DNA of 31,760 nt. Origin: Adineta steineri (lineage: Eukaryota). Within the stretch, counting starts at the first letter, position 1; each line of letters opens with the position of its first letter. The DNA is taken from the NCBI GenBank assembly GCA_905250115.1, contig CAJNOI010000030.1, positions 120,563 to 152,322 of the forward strand, in the 5' to 3' direction. The position numbers were made by a program, and so were the translations under genes. Below the pieces are notes generated by a model, which worked only from the letters and a program-made list of their open reading frames with translations, was not told where the DNA came from and ran no database searches. Shown here piece after piece: positions 11,701-23,087 of this stretch.

Positions 11701-12109
11701 ACATAGATGTTTATTAGAATCTGTTATGATTTTTCTTGAACACTTAGTTAAACTGAAATAGTATCAGTTAGAGTTGTTGATCAAATAAATCTAATAAAAT
11801 ATTTTTTTTAGGCTTTAAAAGATAAAAATGATAAAGAAGGTATAGTCCTCGGTCGATACTTTTATGATGCAGAAAATGGTCCATCACTTCAACGATTTAA
11901 ACCTCAGGTTTGTTAATTTTAAAAGCAATTATCTTTTTTTTTATAATAAATCCTCATTTCTTTTTTAGCTTGTCAATGTACCAGTCATTGAATATATTGA
12001 AGTTCGAGTAACATCCAATTGGGGTAATCCAAATTACACATGTGTATACCGGTTTCGTGTTCATGGTGATTTACAAACGGTACAACCATCAGCACCACCT
12101 GCTGCCTAA
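8786..12109 (+). CDS. SUN-domain inner-nuclear-membrane protein (SUN1/SUN2 / UNC-84 / Klaroid family); 9 exons, 638 aa
   Basis: Exons 8786-8991, 9054-9089, 9908-10554, 10612-11042, 11101-11173, 11225-11343, 11406-11573, 11812-11907 and 11969-12109. All are GT-AG, and exon lengths sum to 1917 = 639 codons. The C-terminal exons encode a canonical SUN domain: ...ADYALEANGGKIVDTRC...AGRMPGQCFPFKGDHGSVLIKLAVPVKPSEFTMEHLSKSISIVGHINSAPNNFTVYALKDKNDKEGIVLGRYFYDAENGPSLQRFKPQLVNVPVIEYIEVRVTSNWGNPNYTCVYRFRVHGD. Compare SUN2 ...GNCWAFQG...VTLEHVPKALSPNSTISSAPKDFAIFGFDEDLQQEGTLLGKFTYDQDGEPIQTFHFQ...VELRILTNWGHPEYTCIYRFRVHG. The nucleoplasmic N-terminus is Ser/Thr-rich, followed by a transmembrane segment (LPWWLLLPLLLLLGFYV) and a predicted coiled-coil or linker, then the SUN domain. 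This is the standard SUN-protein architecture. Confidence 0.85.
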
Positions 12110-12410
12110 ATAGCATTATTGTTTTTCATTTCCTAAACAATGACTTTAATATAAAAAAAAAATATTCTCATCATTATAGCGGTAATTCATATTGAATAAC
12201 GCATAATGAAAGTTTTTTTCTTTTCTTTGTTTCTAAACCTGTCTAGCTTGTGTATTTAAAAAAATACATTAAAAAATAACCAAGATCTTTATGAAATATC
12301 AATGTAGACATTCTTTTTTTTTTTGTTTATTTGTATGTCTGTGTGTGTATTGTATTTGTTCAATGTCGCTTCTTCATTTTTCTTTTGTGTAATTGTTGGT
12401 GTGGTTCCTG

Positions 12411-12420
12411 CCCCCCCCCC
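12411..12420. repeat. C10 homopolymer about 600 bp upstream of the MVP (+) start codon
   Basis: Direct reading cccccccccc embedded in a T/C-rich stretch (ttcctgcccccccccctttccctcc). This is unusual in a genome of about 30% GC. Confidence 0.8.
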
Positions 12421-13020
12421 TTTCCCTCCATTTTTTTGTCAACTAACATGTTCGAATATGAAAATCTAGAGATTTTTGCAAATAACAAGATAAAAAAACC
12501 AAGAAGAAAATTTTATTCGTATTAATTGATATTATTGAATAGCATTACATCACATACAGAAATGTTCTTATTTTTAAGTACTTTCATACTTTCGGTTAAA
12601 ATAGGTTAATTTTCTTATAGTTAAAGACGTATGACTGCATTAGTAATTTTGTTTTCTATTTCATTACAGTTGTGTAACAATCATCTTAATAGTAATTTCA
12701 CTATCATTATCATTCATGTATGCTTTCTTATTAATACGACGTTGCTTTTCCGCGATGATTCATAGGTGTTGACATGTACTTACGCAATCTTGGGGTATAG
12801 AAGAGAAATAACAAGCGTTGTGCAATAACAACGTTGTAAAGAGAGTGAAATATAGATTTTTTCTCTTTTTTTGAGGGGCAAAATTGCACCATACATTGAA
12901 AAAAAAAAATTATTTACCACTCCTCATGCAATATCTAGTTCACCTTTTGTTGTTTTTTCACATTTTATAAGTAGACATTCATTGCACACAAAACTTCTGA
13001 CATTAATATTAATAAACAAT

Positions 13021-16000
13021 ATGAATCCATCCACTTCGTCTACCACTGCATCAAGCAGTAAAAGTCCAGTTTATCGCATACCACCTTATCATTATATTCA
13101 TGTTTTGGATCAAAATACAAATGTAACACGACTTGAAATTGGTCCTAAAACATTCATTAAACAAGATAATGAAACAGTCACTATCGGACCAGAAAAGATG
13201 ATCACAGTACCGTACGTAAAAACGAAATGTAGATAAATAAAGAATTATTTTTGAATCTTATTTTAGACCACGTCATTATTGTGTTGTTGAATCACCTGTA
13301 GTACGTAATGAAGCTGGTGAAGTTGTATTTGATAAAAATGGTCAAGCTAAACTTATTCATGCTGATTTGGATATTCGTCTTGCACAACCTGATCAAGCAC
13401 CATTTCCACTTTATCCAGGAGAAGTTCTTCGTCAGGTAGTAACTTTGATAATTCTTGTTTTGTATATATTTATATATATGATTTTGTTTTTAGCCAGTAA
13501 CACCTTTAAAAGTTGTTCCGGCTAATTCAGCATTACGGCTCAAAGCTGTACTTGATTTTGATGATGAAACTGCTAAAGAACAACGCAAAGCTGGTGATGA
13601 ATGGTTATTTGAAGGACCAGCCACTTACATTCCACGAAAAGAAGTCAGTGTTGAAGAACAAATTCGTGCAACTGTTATCGGTTCTAATCAAGCCATTCGA
13701 CTTTGTGCCAAAAAAGAAATTACAGATCGTACTGGCCAACGTCGTGTCACTGGTGAAGAATGGTTAGTTAAGAAAACTGGTGCTTATTTACCACTTGCCT
13801 ATGTATGTTGAAATTTTTTACGATAGAAATCAAATATTGAATTTTTATAATTTTTCCAGGAAACTGTTGTTTCTGTAGAAAATGCCTATGTTTTAACCGA
13901 TAAAAAAGCCCTTCATCTTCGTGCACTTAAAACTTTTACTGATGATTTCGGTAAAGAACGTTTGAATGGTGAAGAATGGCTTGTAACACATGTAGATACT
14001 GAAACACATACTCTTAATGTTTATGAACAATTAGTTGCTGTTGTTGATGTAATCACACTTACTTCACGTCAATATTGTGTTATTCTTGATCCAGTTGCTG
14101 ATGGAAAACCTCAATTAGGAAAAAAGGTTTTTATTTTTATTGTTATTAATCGAAAAGTATTCTTTATTGTTTATTTTTTAGAAACTTGTTGTTGGTGAAA
14201 AATCTTTCTTTCTTCAACCTGGTGAAAAACTTGAGAATGGTATTCAAGATGTTTATATATTAGGTGAAGATGAAGGTGTTATTATTAAATGTATTGAAAC
14301 ATTTAATGATGAACAAGCTGGTGCTACACGAAATCCTGGCGATCGATGGATGATTCGCGGTCCAACGTAAGATATGGATTTTTATTTAATATAAAAATTA
14401 ATTTAAAATAAATTTTTAGTGAATATATTCCTCCAACACAAGTTGAAGTTGTTACACGTCAAAAAGCCCTTCCATTAGACGAAAATGAAGGTATCTATGT
14501 TCGTGATATAAAAACAGGTCGGGTACGAGCTGTTATTGGTGAAACTTATATGTTAACACATAATGAAGAACTTTGGCAAAAAGAATTACCTAAACAAGTT
14601 GAAGATTTACTTACACGTGATCCATTAGCTGAACGAAATGTTCCAAACCGTAATCAAGGAGCTGATAAATCTCAACAATCCACTACTACATCAGGTGGAA
14701 GCTCCAAATCAAGTACAACTAAACGTGATAAATCAAAATTAATAACTTATCGTGTACCACATAATGCATGTGTACAAATTTATGATTATAAAGCTAAAAA
14801 AGCTCGAATTGTTTTTGGTCCTGAACTTGTTATGCTTGGCCCTGATGAACAATTTACATTACTTTCATTAAGTGGTACTATACCAAAAAAACCAAATCAA
14901 ATTCATACACTTTGTTTACTTCTTGGTCCTGATTTCTTTACTGATGTTATTGTTATTGAAACAGCTGATCATGCTCGTCTTTCACTTCAACTTTCATATA
15001 ATTGGCATTTTGCTGTTAGCGATATGACCGATGAAAAGGAAGCTTCAAAACTTTTTTCAGTACCAGATTTTGTTGGTGATGCAGCTAAAGCTATTGCATC
15101 ACGTATTCGTGGTGCTGTTGCTGGAACACAATTTGATGATTTTCATAAAAATTCAGCTCATATTATTCGTTCATCAGTATTTGGTCTTGATGAAAATAAA
15201 CAAGTACGAAGTCAATTTGTTTTCCCACAAAATAATCTCGTTATTACATCAATTGATATACAAAGTGTTGAACCAGTTGATCAACGTACACGTGATGCAC
15301 TTCAAAAGAGTGTTCAATTAGCTATTGAAGTAAGACGATAAGAAATTTTCGAAAAAAAAATATATATATATATATATAATTTTATTTAGATTACAACAAA
15401 TTCACAAGAAGCTGCTGCTAAACATGAAGCTTCTCGACGTGAACAAGAAGCTAAAGGTTTATTAGAACGTCAACGTATTAAAGATGAAGCTGAAGCTGAA
15501 GATGTTCGAAAATCACTTCTTGAATTACAAGCTCTATCAGCTGCTGTTGAATCAACAGGTCAAGCTAAAGCTGAAGCACAAAGTCGTGCTGAATCACATC
15601 GAATTGAAGGCGAAGCAGCTGTTGAACAAGGTATGAAAAATCTTATTTTAATATACAAAAATCGAATTAAATGATAAATATTTTTATTTATTTTATAGCT
15701 CGTCTCAAGGCTGAAGCTACACGAATTGAAGCTGAAGCTGAATTATCACGTTTGAAATTAGCACGTGAAGCTGAAATCAAATTCGTACGTGAACAAAATG
15801 AATTAGAAATTAGTAAAAAAGGTGAAATGTCAAGAATTGAAACAGATAAATTTAAATTCCAAGTTGAAGCAATTGGCCCAGCAACAATTCAAGCAATTGC
15901 TACATCTGGTCCAGATACACAAGTCAAACTTTTACAAGCACTTGGTATTCAATCAATGCTTGTCACTGATGGTAATTCACCCATCAATCTTATGGGTTTT

Positions 16001-16093
16001 GGACAAGGTCTTCTAGGTGGTTTAAATGGAAATACACATAGAAATCCACGAGCATCAACTTCTTCAAACCGTTATCATGTAGAAGAAAATTAA
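13021..16093 (+). CDS. MVP: Major vault protein (vault shell subunit); 8 exons, 888 aa
   Basis: Exons 13021-13211, 13267-13435, 13494-13802, 13860-14126, 14182-14366, 14420-15329, 15390-15630 and 15699-16093, summing to 2667 nt = 889 codons. It aligns along the whole length with metazoan MVP: N-terminal [34 protein letters not shown] (human [34 protein letters not shown]), repeated vault domains with GEEWL motifs, the shoulder region [37 protein letters not shown], then the cap-helix region [26 protein letters not shown]. An AATAAA lies about 100 nt after the stop (16196-16201). Confidence 0.95.
15361..15378. repeat. (TA)9 dinucleotide microsatellite inside MVP (+ copy) intron 6
   Basis: Direct reading tatatatatatatatata, located immediately after the intron-6 donor. 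Confidence 0.85.
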
Positions 16094-16195
16094 TACAAAA
16101 AAAAGACATTAAAATTTTGTCTATCTTTTGTGCGAGTGTTTCTATGTTATTTTCTAAAATCTTAGCCTGATTACTTTCTATATTTATGTATTCAT

Positions 16196-16201
16196 AATAA
16201 A
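16196..16201 (+). other. Putative polyadenylation signal AATAAA for the MVP + copy
   Basis: AATAAA lies about 100 nt downstream of the TAA stop at 16091-16093, in an AT-rich 3' flank. Confidence 0.3.
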
Positions 16202-17197
16202 TATGACAAAAAAAATAACAATCAATTATTCTTTATATTTAAAAACGAGAGTAAAAGATTCAATAATCTTAAAAAATACTTCAACGGTATCATATATAAA
16301 CTTTCAAAGAATTTTATAATGTAATTGAAAACATTTGAATGATATATTATTTCTAATCCAGTAATTTATTTTGATACTAAGCGCATATTAGAGTTTTAAC
16401 CGGTGCAGTTCAACTACCCATATTGGGCCAATAAAATCCTGTGAGGCCCACCCAATTATAACTCTGGTGCATAAAAACCCAAAGAAAACATTAATGAATA
16501 AGTTTTTTTTATACTAATGTGTATTTTGATAAGAAAAATTATTATTAAAGATAAAAGTAGTCGCTCAACAACTATAAGCTAAACGTCGCATTTGACAATA
16601 TCGTCTTTAGCTATCGGAAGAAAATGCAAAAATATTTTGTATTTGATATGGTCGATAAAGCAAAATATTTTGATTTATTTTTCTATCTGTCCTTCAAAAT
16701 GTGTCTAATTACCTACGAAATAAGGATAAGGTTAATTATGAGAATGCATACCTTTCATTCCTTCTCCCTCTTTATATATATAATATTACTTGTCAGTAGA
16801 TAGTTTGCTTATAACTTCTTGATCTATATCTCTAATTTTCTCACCTATTACAATCAATCATCATGTCACAATGTTCTGAATCATACCTGAAATTTTTTAT
16901 CTAGGTATAAAAAAATGATTATTTTTGTATTTTTTATATTGTTGTTTTTGCTTTACTTCTGTCAATATTGACATTAGATTTTCTTTTTCTATGACAATAA
17001 GTTTCTTATAACAATTCAAATTGGATTAATCATTTCAAAACGAATATTAAATATGATAATATTTTATTTTTTTTAATCGGTTGATCAAAACAAAATTTTC
17101 TATACGTTACACAGAGATATCAAAAAGAAAGAAATGTCATAATAAACTGTTCGATTTTTTCAAAAATCTGACTGCACTCTAGTTAATATTGATTTCA

Positions 17198-17203
17198 TTT
17201 ATT
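17198..17203 (-). other. Putative polyadenylation signal (AATAAA on the minus strand) for the MVP - copy
   Basis: Plus-strand tttatt is AATAAA on the minus strand, about 18 nt downstream of the minus-strand TAA stop at 17221-17223. Confidence 0.3.
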
Positions 17204-17220
17204 TAACTAATGAGTGCTGA

Positions 17221-20200
17221 TTAATGTTGTACAGCTGGTGTTTCAACTAGATTAGCAGCGGTATTGAAAAGATTGATTGGACTACGTCCATCGGTAATCA
17301 AAGTTGATTTAATACCAAGAGCTTGAAGAAGTTTAACCTAAGGAAAGAAAATTCATTAAAATAATGATAATAATGAAAAAATAAATATATACTTGATTAT
17401 CAGGTCCACTTGTAGCAATAGCTTGAATTGTTTTAGCTCCAATAGCATTAACATGTTCTTTAAATTCTTGAGTTTCAATATCAGCGAATCGTCTGGCTTT
17501 GTCAATTTCAAGATCTGATACTAATTTTGAATAACTCAATTCTAATTCACGTGCTTGTGTCAAACGATAAAGTTCAATATCAGCTTCAATTTTTGCTGCT
17601 TGAGCGCGTAAAGTAGCTAAAAAATAATATTTTAATTATTAAAAAAGTTTATTAATTCATAATATAAATCTTACCTTGTTCAACAGCAGCTTCACCTTCA
17701 ATTTTAGCTGCTTCAGCACGTGATTGAGCTTCAGCACGTGATTGACCAGTTGATTCAACAGCCGCTGATAAAGCTTGAAGTTGTAATAGATTTCGTCGTT
17801 CCTTTTCGGCTAAATAAATAGAAAAAAATTTAGAAAAACTCATATTAAAAAAAATCAAAAATTTTACCTTCAGCTTCATCATTAATCTTTTGTCTCTCTA
17901 AATGACCTTTTGCTTCTTGTTCTGTTCGCGAAGCCACATGTCTAAAATAAAAAATATGAAATTTTTCTTCTTTCTTTTAAACCCAACAACTTACTTTGCT
18001 TGAGCTTCTTGTGAATTTGTTGTAATCTAAATAAAATTATATATATATATTTCTAAACTTTCTCCCATCGTCTTACTTCAATAGCTAATTGAACACTCTT
18101 TTGAAGTGCATCACGTGTACGTTGATCAACAGGTTCAACACTTTGTATATCAATTGAAGTTAATACTAAATTATTTTGTGGAAATAGAAGACGTTTGTTA
18201 ATTCGTTTATTTTCATCAAGACCAAATACTGATGCACGAATAACTTTGGCTGAATTTTTATGAAAATCATCGAATGAAATACCAGCAACAGCACCACGAA
18301 TTTTAGCAGCAACAGCTTTACAAAAATCTCCAATAAAATCGGGAACTGAAAAAAGTTTTGCAACTTCTTTAGTATCATTACGATCAGTGATCTTTAAATA
18401 AATAAAAAAATTTTTATTAATAAAAAAATCAAATAAATTTTTCTTACTTCAAAATGCCAATTGTAGGAAAGTCGAAGTGAAAGACGAGCATGATCACTTG
18501 ATTCAATTGTTACAATATCACTGGAAAATTCTGGTCCCAATAAAAGACAAATTGCTCGTATTTTATTTGGTTGTTTTGGTTTTTCACCCGAAAGATTCAA
18601 AACAGTAAATTGTTCATCAGGGCCAAGCATAACAAGTTCAGGGCCAAAAATAATTCGAGCTTTCTTTGATTTATAATCATAAATTTGTACACATGCATTA
18701 TGTGGTACACGATATGTAATAACTTTTGATTTATCTCTTGGTGGAATTGTTGATGGTAATCCTTGTTTATCTTCAAAATATCGAGGATCTAAGACAATTA
18801 GTTGTTCAACTTGGGCTGGTAAATCTTTTTCCCAGAGTTCTTCATTTTCAGTTAATAAATATGTATTACCAATAACTGAACGAATTTTACCAGTTTTAAC
18901 ATCACGAACATAAATACCTTCATTAACATCTAATGGAATTGCTTTACGTCGAAGAACAACTTCAGCTTCAACACCTGGAATATAATCTTTTGGACCACGA
19001 ACCATCCAACGATCACCGGGATTACGTGCGACTTTCTATTTAATAATTATTATTAATAAAATGAATAGTCAGAAAAAAAAACTTACTCCATCTTCTTTAA
19101 ATGATTCTGTACAACGAAGAATAAGACCTTCATCTTCTTCAAGAACATATACATCTTGAATACCTTTTGCTAATCGTTCACCGGGTTGAAGAAAGAATGT
19201 TTTTTCTCCCTGTAAAAACAAATTAATTTTCTATAAAAAAAACAAATTTTAAATGATTCATACTTGAACAAGTTTTTTCTTTCCAAGTTGTGGTTTACCA
19301 TCGGAACCAACTGGATCAAGAATAACACAGTATTGACGAGAATTTAATACTGTTACTGGTACAACACCAACAACCTATATATTCATTTTATATTTATCTT
19401 TCTATTTAAAATAAAAAAAAGGTAATTCTACCTCTTCATAAACATCAGGAATATATGTTTCAGCATCACTAGCATAGACTAACCATTCTTCACCATGAAG
19501 ATGTTTACGTTTAAGTGAATCAGTAAATGTACGTAAAGCACGAACATGAAGAGCTTTCTAAAAACAAAATAATAATAACAAATCGTACAATGTTGGAAAC
19601 GATAAACACATACTTTGTCGGTAAGGACATAAGCTTTAACTGTTGAAACAACTTCTTCATAAGCTAATGGTAAATAAGAACCAACAGTTCGATTAAGCCA
19701 TTCTTCACCTGTTTCTCGTTCAACACCATCACGATCTGTCATTTCTTTTTTAGCACGTAAACGAACGGCTTCATTTGGTTTAAGAATAACAGCTTTGATT
19801 TGTTCTTCAACACTAACTTCTTTACGAGGGAAATAAGTTCCTAAACAAAAAAATATGATTTTATAATTCTTCTTTCTCTCTCTCGTTAATTCATACCAGG
19901 TCCTTGAAAGAGAAATTCATCTCCAGCTCGAATTTGTTTATCTTGTTCATCAACAAAATCAAGAACAGCACGAAGACGTAATGCACAATTAGGTTCAATA
20001 ACTTTAAGTGGTGTAACTGCTTGTTTAAGACTTTCTCCTGGATAGAGTGGAAATGGTTCTTGGGCAAAACGAATATCAACATCTGAATGAAGTAATTTAA
20101 CTTGACCATTTGAATCTGTAACAACTTTGCCAGTACTATCACGAACGGCTGGATTTTCAATAACGCAATAATGACGTGGACTATAATATTGAGAGAAAAA

Positions 20201-20467
20201 ACAGATTATTTATACAATAAAAATCATTTTATTAAACATACGGAATTATTAACATGCGTTCAGGTCCAAGTATAACTTTTTCATGATCTTGTTTAACAAA
20301 TGTTTTTGGACCTACTTCAAGTCGTGTTACATTTGAATTTTGATCAAGAACATGTAAATAATAGAAAGGAGGAATTCGATAAACTAAAATTTAGGATAAA
20401 ATAGAATTTAAAATATTAATGAATAATATATATATATCATACCACCAGTAACTTTTGAATCGGCCAT
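17221..20467 (-). CDS. MVP: Major vault protein paralog (second copy, convergent with the + strand copy); 14 exons, 840 aa
   Basis: Minus-strand exons in + coordinates: 20443-20467 (ATG at 20465-20467), 20242-20383, 19897-20180, 19614-19840, 19432-19557, 19264-19374, 19087-19209, 18448-19035, 18077-18391, 17995-18026, 17868-17941, 17675-17809, 17393-17616 and 17221-17337 (TAA). All are GT-AG and sum to 2523 nt = 841 codons. It is full-length MVP: [43 protein letters not shown]...[37 protein letters not shown]...[27 protein letters not shown]...[24 protein letters not shown]. Over the first ~50 aligned N-terminal residues it is about 70-75% identical in amino acids to the + copy; nucleotide divergence is also clear, with many synonymous changes. 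A minus-strand AATAAA lies about 18 nt past the stop (plus-strand tttatt at 17198-17203). Confidence 0.9.
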
Positions 20468-23027
20468 GATTTTTTGCTATTAAAAAACGACACAAATCTG
20501 CAAGAAAAATAAGTCCTTTTATGTATGCTAATGTCCGTTGAAAAATTAAGACATAGAAGGGTTATATAAGACAAAAAAACAACAATTTTCGACTCGATGG
20601 TGAAATGACATGAGTAGCAAGTTACATCAAATATTGCGCGACTTACCGACAATAACAGTAGAATGAGGTTGATTCACGTCGTAAATAAGGACAGAAAAGA
20701 AATGAAAGGGTTATAGAGAGTGAATAAGAGAAGAACGCAAAAGCCCTATTTGACAAAACAAATTGCAGCGTTATTGCGTAAGTCGAAAGACGTGGCGGTT
20801 TCATATGATTGTGAAATTTATAACACAACAAATATGTATTGTATTGTAATTTATGAATCATCTATAATATATCTTTAATAAAAAAGAATGTACTTATACG
20901 ATTATTGATATGTGATAATTTCAACCATTTTTGTGTCATTAAAAATAGGTCATAAATTTTCACATTAAACGTTTTACACGAAATTATTAGATTCTTTTGA
21001 TATTTTATATGTAATTTTTGAAAAATATGAATCAATATACCAAGATAGAGGCCAGATAATCAGTTTCTTCAGATTTCTATTTGAATATGATAAATACAAA
21101 TATTTGCAAAAATAACATGCACATTTATTTTTGTATAGTTAATAGAAGTCCTATAAATATTTCAAAGTTATTCTTTCTTATCACATATAGAACTTTGAGC
21201 TGATGATTTTATCATGAATATTGTTTTCATTATTGAAAGCAATGCTAAGGGATATCTCATAAGTATCGGCTCCCTGTTTATTTTTTGTTCTATCTTTAAT
21301 ATTTTCTCGATTTCTCAAAATCAGAACTTGAAAACCAAAGATAGTCTTGTTATAAAATTAATTATTTCTTATTATCGGGCGAAATACGTTACAGGTGTTG
21401 CTCTGTATAGGATATTACAGACTATCTTTTGCAGAAACAATTTAGCATTGAATAATTTTTTTTCAAATCTAACACCCTCTTAGGGTTCATTCTTGTAGAA
21501 AATATCCAATATATCTAGTGATATACATATTGGTATATTCCCTCTGATCATGTTGGAACATTCCTTGTGTTCTTCTATCATATATACATATGGTTCTTTC
21601 CTTTCTTCTCATCTAGGTATGGGATCATACCTTATCGTGATCCTATATATATGTACACGTAAACATCCGTATATGCGTTGTATTCATCCCGGTCTCTCTA
21701 TTGTTCTTGTTATTGTTGTTCTACAATAAACATTGAACTCCCGGTTCTACACAAAGTTGCAATCCTAAATCGAATACAATTTTGTTGTGGTTTGATCAAG
21801 AAGAGATTGCTCTTCAAAAAAACCATATTTATTACATAATCGAACAGAAATTTCTTCGAGTACATTGTAGATCTATGATTTAAAGTCATATGCATCAAGT
21901 TCCAGTAAACTTTTATATATTACTAAGACGAATACCATCAGTTTAATAAAGAGATCATTATAGAATTTTTATACATAAATAAAAATGTTTTATTACAAAT
22001 TAATTGTATTATTTAATCTATAAATGAGTGTTGTTTGTACCAGAGATGGACGGAACAATAGAAACGCCAAACCATACTGTCCAGCATATATTTTTGAGAA
22101 GTATTTGTCCATAAATTTTACAATCGTTTTTCATAAGTACTATTCTAGTTCATGAGATGAAAAGGTATCATTCAAATACAACAATATAATTCCCATATAG
22201 AAAAACAATTATAATCGCTTCTTTTTTCTTAAATTGATCATAAAAGTATAGCATTGTAAATCTACTCAGAATTCAATCTAGTACAATATATATGAATTTT
22301 CTCGCATATCATTTACGTATCAAATGATGAATTATTCACATTTTCAGAAGGATTTGCTAAGCTGTCTTTTGTTTTATCTTCATTATCAATTGAAAGAGAG
22401 AAAAATTTTGTTCTAAATATACTGTTCAAATAACAAAAATACACATTCTTCAATCGAGCATGCGATTGAATACATTTTACCGACTAAATTTATAAAAATT
22501 CAAGAATATCACGAGGTAAGAAAACCGCAATATACCGTCACCGTTCCGCCGAGCGAAACCGCAACTCTCTCATCATTTATATGAACATTTCTTTATCAGT
22601 AATAAAAAAAATGTAATCTATTGAATACTATTCATTTGAATGTTCTTTCATTAATCAAATATCGAATAACATATACACTTTATTCTTCAGTCAAATCTAT
22701 AGATAGATATACAATTTCAATTGGTATATCATACACCTGTCTATATACGTCATCAATCAAATTTAAAATGTTCTTTATTTAACTAAAATGATTTTTTTCT
22801 GAAAAGCGTAGCAAGAGCATGACTTGTAATTAACACTATTGATATAAATAAACAAAAAACATTTAAAAGACAAAAAACATACAAATTATAATTAATAAAT
22901 AAAAAGAAAAATGGCAATGTCGCATTTGCTCGTTTAGATCTACTATATACTTATTAGACAAATGATAATAGAAATCTGTACCTATAAATATCACATATAT
23001 TAAGATTTTTGTACTAGTCTTTTCTGA

Positions 23028-23056
23028 CTAAACATCTCGCCATGTAATCATTGGAC

Positions 23057-23087
<31 letters not shown>

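Noticed and set aside
15031-15321. 96-aa ORF on the + strand, plus the similar 70-aa ORF at 18166-18378 on the - strand, with near-identical peptide stretches ([18 protein letters not shown])
   Set aside because: Both are alternative-frame shadow ORFs inside the homologous MVP exons. Their similarity simply reflects the nucleotide homology (and conversion tract) between the paralogs. The peptides are hydrophobic junk.
20437-21483. ORFs 20437-20861(-) and 21214-21483(+) upstream of MVP (-)
   Set aside because: They are short, hydrophobic or low-complexity, with no homology. The region is more plausibly the MVP (-) 5' flank or promoter. A TATATAA-like motif sits about 90 bp upstream of its ATG (about 20560-20570).
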